From Octopus bimaculoides (Eukaryota): 64,000 nt of DNA. Both the position numbers and the translations under genes were made by a program. The notes beneath the pieces were generated by a model. It worked only from the letters and a program-made list of their open reading frames with translations. It was not told the origin of the DNA and ran no database searches. Location: assembly GCF_001194135.2 (NCBI RefSeq), contig NC_068992.1, positions 67,317,372 to 67,381,371 on the forward strand. The letters run 5' to 3'. Below are positions 25,300 through 38,935 of the stretch, one piece after another; position 1 is the stretch's first letter, and each line of letters opens with the position of its first letter.

Positions 25300-26310
25300 C
25301 CACCATCAGACATTGACATCGTCCTCTATAACTTCAGATTCCACCATCCGAAAGCTAACCCTAGTTACCTTTCTCCAGCCCACACATTTGATACCAAGGA
25401 CTCCTATGATGCCGACTGGGACGCAATCGTAAACGAGCTATCACATGTTGACTCGTCTTTCAGACATCCAAACACCTCCTCAGCATCAAAATCTTTTGGC
25501 AGATCTTTCTTGACACTGTCATAAATGTATATGCGCTAAACACACCCCACAGAATTCCCCAAAACAGAAAAAACAATTGTCAGAAAAACATAAAGAACAA
25601 ACAAAAGAATTAACCAACTAAAATACTGCCAATATCCACATATAAATTCGACGGTTATCACCCTGCACGAAACAAAAAAAAAAACCCTCCAACAATACAT
25701 GGAGACCATCCTTAATAACCAAAGAACAGCAGAGGAGAAGTGGGCCGTCGAGCAAATCAAACTCAACCCCCAAAGCGTTCTCTTTTGCGAAAAGACACAA
25801 GATCACTGCCTCCATTGTTGGCCCTCTAATTGATGAAAATGGCAATTTCCAGGATAATGCCAAATCCATGAGTGAGATACTGCAGAAACAGTACTGCTCT
25901 ATTTTTGGCAATCCTGGTATGGCCGATCTGGACTGTATCAATGATGTTAATCCTCAACACACTCTATCGGACATAACGTTTGCCGCCCCTGATGTGTTGT
26001 CGGCAATAAACGAAATTAAACGCAATTCAACAGTAGTCCCTGATAGGCGGCTCCCTGCTTGTGTCCTGAAGGTCCCTGGTAGGTTCGCTGCTTGTGTCCT
26101 GAAGGTGCGTCTCCTCTTGCTAACATGGTGGCACTCAATGGATGATTGTTATATTCCTGAAAACTTTCTGTCCCAGTCATTTGTTACAGTCTGTTGTCCC
26201 AGTTCACAAAAAGGGAAACACGTCCCTTGCCGTCAACAACTGGCTGATCTCGCTCTTCTCTCATATCATCAAGGTATTTGAGAAGGTGCTGAGATCACGG
26301 AAAGTCTTAT
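25300..26310 (+). mobile_element. CR1-type LINE ORF2 fragment (post-APE linker to RT N-terminus), decayed
   Basis: IKLNPKAFSFAKRHKITASIVGPLIDENGNFQDNAKSMSEILQKQYCSIF..LSDITFAAPDVLSAINEI; then VVPVHKKGNTSLAVNNW.ISLFSHIIKVFEKVLR. Confidence 0.85.
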
Positions 26311-27509
26311 ATTCTGCTACAACATTCAAAGGGCAAATTACAGGAAAACTGTCAGAATAGGATTTCGCAAATATTAAAGAATGCATCTCATATATATAAT
26401 ATCAACCACAAAAAAAAAATAAGGAGCTCATCTTTAATGAATTAGAGGACAGAAATTTCAAGAGAGAGAAACAAACTGATACAATCGCCACTGTGATAGA
26501 CGAGTTCGAAAACCTGATGTCAGTTCCTCTTTCTAATGTAGAGAATTTACAAACGCCGTCACAATAAAGGCCTGTTTATCATAACCCTTAATATTAACAC
26601 CAACCGCTGAGCCTGCAGCATCGAGCTCTAGCTGGTAGTCATGATAAAGGAGATATTTGAAGATCTTCCATGGTCATAATGAGGAACTCATGCACCAGGT
26701 TTTTGAGGCCGCGGTGGAAGCTGAGAGCGGCTACATTCAGTAAACTGTTATCGTCCAGCTGCGATTTAGTTTATATTTTTAAAGTGTAATATATATATAT
26801 ATTAGATGGAGTATTGTTTTGTTTTCTTTTTATGCAACCTCTTAAATTTAATCCGAACACCCTATAATTAGTATGGACTTGTACAAGGAGACATGTAGTC
26901 GCCTATTACCTCATGTTATATTACCATACGCATTTCTCGCCCGTTTTCATTTTCAGGTTTCTGATATTTAATGGATGATCAACATCATAAGTTCGTTTCG
27001 ATGGAAAAAAAGTGAGAATCTATCAACGATTGACATATAATTTTTCACTTCCATTTTCATAAATAGCTCTATATCGACACCTTGCCAAAATTGCTATTTG
27101 ACCATCATATATCAGATTTTGTACCTGCTTACGCTCCCTATTTTCCTGATGAAATTTCGGCATTCCGTGATATATCACTACTTACACGTCATATATTCAA
27201 AGGGCTTCAGAAGCCGATGTGACCAATCGACTCGTTATCTTAATTCCAGGGTTTGTACTTGACATTATCGGCTAATAAATTTATTGGCGCAATATTTTAT
27301 GGTTAGTATTAATCTTGTACTTCTAAAAACCATTCCTTCTGTTTGTATTATTCTCTCAGAGCTTTATATCCATTACCAATTTTCCTATTCCTCTTTTCTT
27401 TTTGCCAAAGCTAACTGGATAATGAATATGGAAAGATTTGATTCATTCCTAACGCGGAGGTTGGATTATATTTTTTACATTTTTACACACACACGCAAAC
27501 ACGCACATG

Positions 27510-27566
<57 letters not shown>

Positions 27567-28143
27567 CGTAAAAGTGTGTGTGCTTGTGTGTGTGTGTTTG
27601 CGTGTGTGTCTATTTATAAAGACAGAGAGAATATGTTCATTTTCCATTATTATATCAATCAATAAAATATGATTTCTTCCCCCTATGAACACTGGAGAAT
27701 TTCCAACTGCCCTTCACATGAAATTGTTGCCTTCAGCATTGAGTTTCCTTTGAACTTCCTTTTGGTTTTTGGTTTATAAATATTTTTCCTCCGAATATTT
27801 ACTTCCAAATTTCTATATTCTCTGTTTTACATGCTGAAGAAATAGTCTCATTAGTATTCATAATTATTCAAAACATTTTGTACACATTTATTTTTTTCAA
27901 GATATTTCAACCCAATTCATATTTAATTTTGCAGTCGTCTATTTTGTCCTTGTCTTTATCTTGAACAATAACAAATTTGCTCTGAAGGACTCGAAATGCG
28001 GTTAACTTGCATCTCCGTTGTGCACTAGTTACCCATTTCCATCAAATCTGTTGTGTTGCTATTTAATGTACGGTTTCCTTTGATAACAAGGTTTCATCAA
28101 GTACTACTTTAGATATATCACCCGCTGTGAGATAATATATGTA

Positions 28144-28340
28144 CGAGGTGATATCAAAAATTTCCCGGACTAGTTATGTTAAATATAAAAAAAGAACTTA
28201 TTGACCTTAGATTATTCCGAGTTACTTTTGTCGATAAAAACAGTTTGATTCAAATTCCGTGTCGCTTAGACTTTCAAAGCTCGTGAGGCTTCTCCCCGGA
28301 TACATTGCCTGACGATTAGCTTCACGGGCCTTGACACTAT
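28144..28340 (+). mobile_element. Mariner-like element left end (TIR after TA); the rest is absent or in the gap
   Basis: ta|cgaggtgatatcaaaaatttcccggact is a mariner-type TIR, similar to 54737-54771 (reverse complement). No partner TIR is visible. Confidence 0.6.
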
Positions 28341-28395
28341 GAGTAGCAAAGGATATGAATCAAATTATTGTGATCAATATATTGTATATGCTTAC

Positions 28396-28439
<44 letters not shown>

Positions 28440-28778
28440 NNNNNNNNNNNNNNNNNNNNNNNNNNNNNNNNNNNNNNNNNNNNNNNNNNNNNNNNNNNNN
28501 NNNNNNNNNNNNNNNNNNNNNNNNNNNNNNNNNNNNNNNNNNNNNNNNNNNNNNNNNNNNNNNNNNNNNNNNNNNNNNNNNNNNNNNNNNNNNNNNNNNN
28601 NNNNNNNNNNNNNNNNNNNNNNNNNNNNNNNNNNNNNNNNNNNNNNNNNNNNNNNNNNNNNNNNNNNNNNNNNNNNNNNNNNNNNNNNNNNNNNNNNNNN
28701 NNNNNNNNNNNNNNNNNNNNNNNNNNNNNNNNNNNNNNNNNNNNNNNNNNNNNNNNNNNNNNNNNNNNNNNNNNNNNN

Positions 28779-28813
<35 letters not shown>

Positions 28814-29377
28814 GTATGTCTGTATAAATCATACAGACTAAAAACTGCCCGGAGGATGATATTTCTTCCTGCAAGTATGATATTATAATCGAAATTACTT
28901 TCACCAATAAAGTAATATTGTGAAAAAGTAAAAACACCCGGCAGCATTTATAAAGTAAATCTACGTCTAATACTAAATAATAGTTACTATTCAATAAAGC
29001 TCCTTTCTATGAAGTTTCATGCCTCGAGGGGACCTGTAGTAATATCTAAAAAAGAATTCCAATGTAATTTTCATACGCAATACTTTTTCCCTATGATAAA
29101 ATTTGGCAACAATTTTGGCATGATTTTTAATATGATGGAGGACAAACAAATTTCTACTTATTTTATAATACATTGCCTTTTCTATGTATTTCATAAATTC
29201 CTTAGATGTTGATGATTATGCGCGGTCGCAAGTCTCGACGAACCCACCCACCGTTCTCACACATATATACATACATACATACATATGCATACATACATAC
29301 GTACGTACACACATACACACACACACACATACACACGCACACACACATATATATATATATATGTATATATGTATATC

Positions 29378-29482
<105 letters not shown>

Positions 29483-29487
29483 ATATA

Positions 29488-30368
29488 CAGAATGTCCTAA
29501 AAGTCACTGATGAGTTTTAATTTTTAATGACTTCCATAACTTTACTAATAGATGCATGAAATTTTGATACGATATAAAGAGCATAATGGAAATTAATATG
29601 TACGAGTCATATTTTGCAACACCACTACATCACATATGAAAAATGACATCACTCTAAGAGCAGATATTTTCGGGTTCGCAGGCTTTCCAAAACTTGCATC
29701 ACAACACCCTCAAGAGTTTCAGACCCCACATCACTGATTTTCTATTGATGTTCTCCTTCAGTTGCACCAGAGTCTCCGGTTTGTTGGCGTAAACCTTCTC
29801 TTTCAGGTATCCCCACAAGAAAAAAATCCAGGCTAGTAAAGTCTGGAGAATTTGAAAACCAGGTGACATCGTTATATCGTTAGATTATTCTCTCTATAAA
29901 GTACAGCCATAGCAACTGCATTGTTTCTGTAGCGTTATGAGCAGTTACCCCATCTTCCTGGAACCATGTGTGAGGTCTACTTCGAATGGCCTTCACTTTC
30001 CCCAGATTTGACTAGCCCAGTGTTGTTCTTGTGGGGATATCGGAAAGACAGCGTTTACGTCAATAAACCGCAGACCCTGCAGCAACTGAAGGGGAACATC
30101 AATTGCGAAATCAGAATAGTGGCGTCTGAAACTGTTGAGGGTGTCATAGAGAAAGTTTTGGAAAGAGCACGGGCGTGCGAAGTCTAAAATGACTGCCAAT
30201 TAGGTGATGTCATTTTTCATATGTAATGTAGTAGGGTTGCAAAATTTGACTTGTTCATTTTAATCTCCATTATACCCTTTATATTATATCAAACATTCTT
30301 GCGTTTATTTGTACAGTTAAGGAAGTTATTAAAAATTGAAACCCATCAGTAACTTTTGGGACACACTG
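29488..30368. mobile_element. DD41D (rosa-like) Tc1/mariner foldback element with ~385-bp arms, TA-flanked
   Basis: Ends TA|CAGAATGTCCTAAAAGTCACTGATG ... CATCAGTAACTTTTGGGACACACTG|TA. Minus strand reads WFQEDGVTAH..(41 aa)..SPDFTSLDFFLWGYLKEKVY. Plus strand reads WPSLSPDLTSPVLFLWGYRKDSVYVNKPQTLQQLK. Confidence 0.9.
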
Positions 30369-31389
30369 TATATATATCTATGAATGTATCTATGCAAGAA
30401 TATATGTATTTATGTATGTATGTATGTATGTATGTATGTATGTATGTGTGTATGTATATTTGTGTGCGTGAGTGTTTACACTCGCATGCGTAACTTTTGA
30501 TTTGTTTTTTTTTCTATTTTTTAAAGCCCAAAGATTCACGCTTCATATAAAAAAATTTCATTTTGGTATTTTGTATTGCGTGTCCTAATATAATGGTCAA
30601 AGTGCGTAACTACATCATGTTTCCTTTATTGCATTAGTCTCATACATTCAGCTCCATTCTCCGGGCTTTCATCATTTCACATTATATCACGCTTTATTAT
30701 TTTAACAATTTCTACTCTCTCATTCTATCGCACATTTTTCTGGCTTTGTTTTTTTTCAACACAAAAAAAAAAAACACTTTAATCTAATGAAACTGCTTTT
30801 TACTCTTAATACGTTTTGGTTTCACTCTGTGATTTGGTGATGAATTGAAATCTGGTTAACGCGCGCGCGCACACACACACACACACACATGTAAAGACAA
30901 CGTGGGTTTTCTGAAAAAGTCAATGTTTATAAATAATAAAATAACTGTGTGTTGACTTTTATTTTAGTTCCACAAATTTCAGAAAATATGCCTATCGTCG
31001 TAAGGTATCTCTGTATATATGTCTTTTGATAGTTAAAAACGAAGGTTTGATAAACATTTTAGGATGATATTTGGAGCATAGATCTTAAAAGAGAATGAAC
31101 TGGTAACGAACGTTGACTGAAATAGGAAAAGAAAGTCCTTATCCACAACTTCCCTTGAGTCACTTCGTGCGTTGTGTATGAGTGAATTTACATGCAGACA
31201 ACGCTTGGAAGTCGTACAACGTAAGATTGTACATTTCGTTGTAAGTCAGATGTGTTGCTTCGGAGTAAGCCTGAACATCACAAAGAACAATGAAAGTCAT
31301 CCTCGTTACACCTTAAATGATAAGGCCGGGATGATATCAACAACGTAATCAAGAGTAGGCGGAATTTCCCAGTTCATCAAAATATGTTT

Positions 31390-32500
<1,111 letters not shown>

Positions 32501-32563
32501 ATAGAAATAAGTTGCTTTCTAATGCTGTCGCGTTCCTTTTCTTATTCAATTTTTATTAGTTCG

Positions 32564-32615
32564 TTATGATATGTGGTTTCTTCCTGATGAATATATATAT
32601 GAGGTATTTCTCAAC
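32564..32615 (+). ncRNA. Degenerate hammerhead-ribozyme-like motif adjacent and inverted to the Penelope 5' end
   Basis: CTGATGA - imperfect stem II - GAAAC tatta GTA; stem I is weak (c-g, mismatch, t-a). Confidence 0.3.
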
Positions 32616-32774
32616 ATATGAAACTATTAGTAGCACGTAATAACATGTATTGTACCCTTTAAACAAATAATATTAACCTCTCACCAGATGGAGTGCATTT
32701 TTGTTGAATTTTCTATCACGGATCAGTACATTATATGTGTGTGTGTATGAGGGAGAGATAGAGAGAGGGAGAGA

Positions 32775-32817
<43 letters not shown>

Positions 32818-33389
32818 TGTGTGGGTAAATATGATTATATTTTTGTATGTACTTATATCTTTGTGTGTGTTGTGCCTGTGTGCAAGTATGTATGTGTGTA
32901 TGTGTGTGTGAGCTAACATGCAGTGAAGAAAATGATGCAAATATTACTTATGTGTACTTTATTTCTGTTTGTGGCTTGCATTAGCAAGTTTTTTTAATCC
33001 TGCTTATAGACATTCCATCAGAGTGATACAATGCATACGTAGAAATGTGAGATGATTAATTATTAACATTAGTTCTCTGTAGAACATTCTACGCGGATGT
33101 GTTATGATGCTGAGAGAAGTGGCACCTAATCCTAGTTTCTAAATATCTGTTACATTATTAATTTTTCTTGCCAGAGTATTTCAAGTCGGAACATGTTTTG
33201 TTGTCCTGACAACGCAATCGTCGTATCATTTTACTAGTTTACATGGCTTGCAGCCGTACTGGGTCACCAAGTACAGGAATTTCATAGACACACAGACACA
33301 TACACACATGTATATAGAAATATATAGTAACATACGCACCTCTATAAGCGGATGTGTCTGTTTGTGTGAATGTATGGGTGTGAGTGTGA

Positions 33390-33453
<64 letters not shown>

Positions 33454-33520
33454 AAACATCATAGCCATTGTCGTCGAACTCGAGAATTGACTTGTTTGAT
33501 TACCTAGTCAGTCTCCTTAC

Positions 33521-33553
33521 CTGTCGAATTACCTTTTGAAGCGGCTGAATAGG
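33521..33553 (-). CDS. Candidate 33-nt phase 1-1 exon (xYSAASKGNSTx) of an unidentified gene
   Basis: Acceptor tgtttgcatctgttcctag, donor CAG|gtaagg, open and frame-preserving. No homology recognised. Confidence 0.3.
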
Positions 33554-33569
33554 CTAGGAACAGATGCAA

Positions 33570-33690
33570 ACATATGTATAAATGAAAACCTTTTCCATTT
33601 CTTCGCGAGCGTTAAACTAATACACCTGCTAGTTGTTCCTTCACAAGTCTTCATTTTTTTTCTCTGTAAATTTCAAATATATATGTGTGT

Positions 33691-33728
<38 letters not shown>

Positions 33729-34112
33729 NNNNNNNNNNNNNNNNNNNNNNNNNNNNNNNNNNNNNNNNNNNNNNNNNNNNNNNNNNNNNNNNNNNNNNNN
33801 NNNNNNNNNNNNNNNNNNNNNNNNNNNNNNNNNNNNNNNNNNNNNNNNNNNNNNNNNNNNNNNNNNNNNNNNNNNNNNNNNNNNNNNNNNNNNNNNNNNN
33901 NNNNNNNNNNNNNNNNNNNNNNNNNNNNNNNNNNNNNNNNNNNNNNNNNNNNNNNNNNNNNNNNNNNNNNNNNNNNNNNNNNNNNNNNNCATATGTATAA
34001 ATGAAAACCTTTTCCATTTCTTCGCGAGCGTTAAACTAATACACCTGCTAGTTGTTCCTTCACAAGTCTTCATTTTTTTTCTCTGTAAATTTCAAATATA
34101 TATGTGTGTGTG
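33570..34112. other. About 120-bp sequence duplicated across an N gap (likely assembly artefact)
   Basis: 33570-33690 matches 33990-34110. Confidence 0.85.
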
Positions 34113-34692
34113 TACCTGTATGTGTGAGTATATACGGCTTAAAAACCAAACCAAACAACAGTCCAGTTAGTAAGCCGAAATCTCGGAGGCATTGTTTTGT
34201 AATAATTATGATATAGAGCTCTTCTTAAATATTTTGATTTCTGCATTCAATGTTTATTGATTTTATATAACTTTATTATATTATCTAAAGGTACTCGCAC
34301 ACGCATACAGTCATACATACATAGATATATACATACATACATACATACAACATAGACACACCCACACATACATACATACATACGTTCATACATAGTTTTC
34401 TCGAGAAAGAATCACGCAAAGGCGACGAATGCAGAACAAAGTAGTAGCGGCCGACAAAGCTTCTCTCAGCACCGGCGGCTGGTAGCGTGTCATGTGGTTT
34501 CACCATAAACTGTGGATCATCAGAAGTCACTACCCAAACAACAAACACCAAATTTGTAGAATAGAGGGCAAACAGACAAACTATTGTTTCTACTGTTTAG
34601 CATCCATCGTTTACGTGAGATGATTTGACGATAGGTTTGTCTCCGGCTAAAGGTGTTCTAAACACTACTTCATATTTAAGTTGCTTGGACTA

Positions 34693-34730
<38 letters not shown>

Positions 34731-34898
34731 NNNNNNNNNNNNNNNNNNNNNNNNNNNNNNNNNNNNNNNNNNNNNNNNNNNNNNNNNNNNNNNNNNNNNN
34801 NNNNNNNNNNNNNNNNNNNNNNNNNNNNNNNNNNNNNNNNNNNNNNNNNNNNNNNNNNNNNNNNNNNNNNNNNNNNNNNNNNNNNNNNNNNNNNNNNN

Positions 34899-34940
<42 letters not shown>

Positions 34941-34961
34941 TGCGTGTGTGTGTGTGTACGC

Positions 34962-34998
<37 letters not shown>

Positions 34999-35064
34999 CT
35001 TGACCTCTTAATCCTACATACATCTCTCACTCTATTCGAACTATCCTTTGAGTAAACAACGCAC

Positions 35065-35360
35065 AGAGTATACTGGATAAGAAATTACATATATCCACCT
35101 TTGTAACTACATTTATCTCCGGAAAATACCCACAAAGATTCTTTACATGGATGTCTACAATTGGAATGGAACTATACTCCAACTTTGTTCTTTCTTCTAC
35201 GCATCGCTCTCACTTCTTACTACAAATCTCCTCTTATAGATGTAATAATCCATTCTTCTACTATTACCGTCTCCGATGAAGGGATACATTGGATTTTCCC
35301 TGAAACAGCTGTTAGACTTTATACATAAAATATAATTTTAACTTTACCACTGGTCTCTTT
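35065..35360 (+). mobile_element. Probable Penelope pLTR remnant carrying a hammerhead motif
   Basis: Pyrimidine-rich unique stretch ending in a minimal hammerhead fold, which is how PLE pLTRs are organised. Boundaries are approximate. Confidence 0.4.
35269..35317 (+). ncRNA. Minimal type I hammerhead ribozyme fold (core U4C variant)
   Basis: Stem I gtct/agac; core CCGATGA; stem II aggga/tccct; GAAA; stem III C-G with palindromic AGCT loop; GUU cleavage triplet. Confidence 0.65.
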
Positions 35361-37429
35361 ATCTTATTCTTTCTTTATATATATATATATACATACATAC
35401 ATACACACACAATAACCATCTCTGTCTGTCTCTCTCTTCCTCCCTCTGGTGCGTGTGTATTCAGATATATTTGATGCATGAACAGTAAACTGTCGACACT
35501 CTACTTTCCGGCTACTGGGATTATCTTCTCGCCTGATAATCACAAATTATTCTTACAAGTCTTTATTTAATCAGAAATTAGGTTAGAATTCAATCATCTT
35601 AGTTGCTGCGCCACGAAACCGAACCGGTGAATCCATTTTGTTGCCAGCGATATATTTAAAAGCAGATATGAGAGATATGGATTGTATTCTTTCGATTCGT
35701 ATCTACGCGAGACGAAAATTTTAATTGAATTTTTTTTTTAGATATTTGTGTCTGCTATGTGTAATCTCTTAGCTTCATGTAATAAAAACTAGTCTCTATT
35801 TATTGTCTCTATAGCTGATAGTTAAGCTGTTCTGTCGTTATTTGATTCTATCGCAATGTTTAATTTTTTCTTTCATTATTTTCTTTCAATATAGAAAACA
35901 GAAACAAACACACAAGCACACGCTTACTCAGTCATACATATACAAGCACACACACACACCTACAAATGAACATACATACTTACACACATATATACATACA
36001 GAGACGCATCAATGTGTGCATATGTATATGTTAATGTATGGTTTATTTTGTATATTTAAATTCCAGGTCAAAAAATTGTTTTTCTATTTACTTTCTGATC
36101 AAATACTAAAGCGAACACAGATCATTGTTCTTGTTATTTATCTCTAAGTTAGCCACGATTTAGTATTGCAACCATGTCCCAACCATGTTTTTTTTTTCAG
36201 ACGTTGTGTATCTAAAACTAAATCATTATTAGGTCTCCTACCTGTTTCGTATTTAAGCGGCGGGCTGTGTGGTGAGAGATCTGGATGCTATTTCTAGCCA
36301 GTCTTGTTGTTTCTAGTCCAGGCTTCCTCGTTTACCGATGGCTGAGATAATATTTCGGGCAGGGAAATGAATTTTACACTTTTGGTCAAAAGAGGACGAC
36401 GAGAGATTTGTATGAGACTAAAAGATAAAATATTGGAGAAAAATAAAGAACATTCGTTTCGGTCGGAATGTCTTGAGTAATCATTTACACAATGGTAATT
36501 GCATGATTATCATAGCGTAAGATTATCGCTCCTATGCCTTGAAGCAATTTGAAGAATTATTTCTTTTTAAGTCAGAGGCGAAATTGCAGCATAATGCCAG
36601 TTTTAGAGAGCCCCCGGGATTGGTATGATGAGGATGGGCCGTTTTAAGAAGCCTGATATTGGGCCAAATGCTTACCAGAAATGACCATTCAGGTGTAGTT
36701 AAACCAGACAAAGTATTCTATCGACCACAGTCCTAAGATATGAATCGTCACTCCAACAAATTTCCAAACAGTTTCCTGTCAAATTTACCAAAAGCCGCGG
36801 CAGAATGCGTTCGGAACCAAATAAATGTAAACGAAAACTACACAGACATGTCTAACTCCGTTGATGGGTTGCAGTTTTTTGATGAGAAACAGAATGCCCA
36901 TGAGTGTAGCGGCTGCAATGACATAAAGTATTATTTTTTGGAACATAACTAAAGGTTATCTATCGCACGTGAATTTGCAATACTACAACGTTGAAATAAT
37001 CTTTGACAATAATGAAGGTAATTAAATATAGTTAGTAAAGTCGCTATTACCGGGATATGTCTGAGATTTCTGTTTTATAAATAGAGATACTGTAAAGATT
37101 ACTATATTGATGTGATGAGGGTGATATACCGACACCCTTCACGTTAGTGTTAATAGATTTATGATAATTACTTGCACGTTTTTTTCTCAGTTCCACATAA
37201 TTTGTGATATAAGATAGAACTAAGAGATCTGGCTGGAACACAAATGCTGTCTATTCAGATGTTTTTTTTTAGGATATCTCGGAGTACACTAACACGTGTA
37301 CACTTAAATTTTCCAAGAGAGTAAGCAAAATAAAAGGGATATTTATGGTTTTAAATCGATACAATACTTCTTGCCAAATCTGTCTGTTTGTAAAATAACT
37401 TTCGGCTTAGTTCGCCACTCTCGCGTTCT

Positions 37430-37470
37430 ACACTGCTGTGGTTGGGAAGCAAGCTTCTTCCCACACAGCC
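37430..37470 (-). mobile_element. SINE 5' head fragment
   Basis: gtggttgggaagcaagcttcttcccacacagcc matches 18226-18260. Confidence 0.7.
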
Positions 37471-38445
37471 TCATATATATGTATATATACGCACACACAT
37501 AACATGCACGTATACACATGTGCAATATGTGTGTGTGTGACCGTGCGGGTGTACATGAATGTATGTATGCATGTATGTATACATGTATCATATAAGTATC
37601 TTAGATGGAATGCTGATCGCTGATTCATATCTAGAATATTTGCTTATATGCATCATAAATGACTACACGAATATGATGCGTAACTATTAAATTGCAATAT
37701 CATCCTTCATACATACGAAATGTATAATGATTCAATTACACACACACAAAACATACCCGCGCAAATAAACGTATTGCTGCTGCAAACACACACACGTACA
37801 CACATTCACACATATACACAGAGACACATACATACATAGACATATAGATATACAATTAAACATTTATGCATAAAATAAAAATATACATATATCTAAACGC
37901 ACATGTACATATATATGCTTATGTATGTATATACGTACACACACATATATACACACACACACACATACACAAACACACACACACATATTGGTAAATGTTT
38001 TAAGAATAGTGAATATATCACATCATTAAATTTATGCTAATTAAATGATAAAAGAATGCTGTCTACAAAACTGCGAGCTGAGATAAGTTTGTGAACAACA
38101 TATTCAGGTAGTAGATTTTCCTATTTCCTGCTTTAGACATTTTGGCTCCACAGATCTGTTTCATACATATGGTTCATGTTATGAAACGTCATGTATTATA
38201 TTTACCACACAGAGTTCATCAATTTACTTGAAATAAAGTAAAATTGTTGTACATATCTCTGCTTTCCAGATGATGTTGTATACGAAAAGGACATTCATTA
38301 CAAATAGCGACGAAATAATTTGCGTGGTGACATTGAAACTAAAAACATGTCTGGTTTTGTAGCTGGCATTAAACTAACAGAAACCAAAACTATGGGTAAA
38401 CACGATTAAGTCTATGTGTACAAAAACTATTTTATTGGAAACCAA

Positions 38446-38484
<39 letters not shown>

Positions 38485-38765
38485 CGTGTGTGTGTGTGTG
38501 TGTGTTTGTGTGTGAGTTTATGTATGTTGAAATACAAGCTTACTTGAAACCATACAAGAAAACGTACAGATACACACATATACATATGCATTCCTTCCTT
38601 CCTATCAACCTACCTACAAATTCATTTCTCTCTCTGCATACAGACGTGCATACACACGTATATACTTGCATATCACTTACACACACACACGTACACACAC
38701 ATGCACACACGTACATACTAGCGATGTAGTTTGATACTTAGCAATCCAATAACAGTTGAAAAACA

Positions 38766-38766
38766 A

Positions 38767-38821
<55 letters not shown>

Positions 38822-38822
38822 T

Positions 38823-38880
<58 letters not shown>

Positions 38881-38935
38881 GCTGCTGCTGCTGCTACTGC
38901 TGCCGTCTCTACTGCCACCGCCCCTGCTGCTGCTA
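38766..38935 (+). repeat. Compound (CTA)n then (CTG)n trinucleotide repeat
   Basis: Direct sequence. Confidence 0.95.

Noticed and set aside
33570-34112. Apparent tandem duplication
   Set aside because: Near-identical copies flank an N gap, which is typical of unmerged contig overlap.
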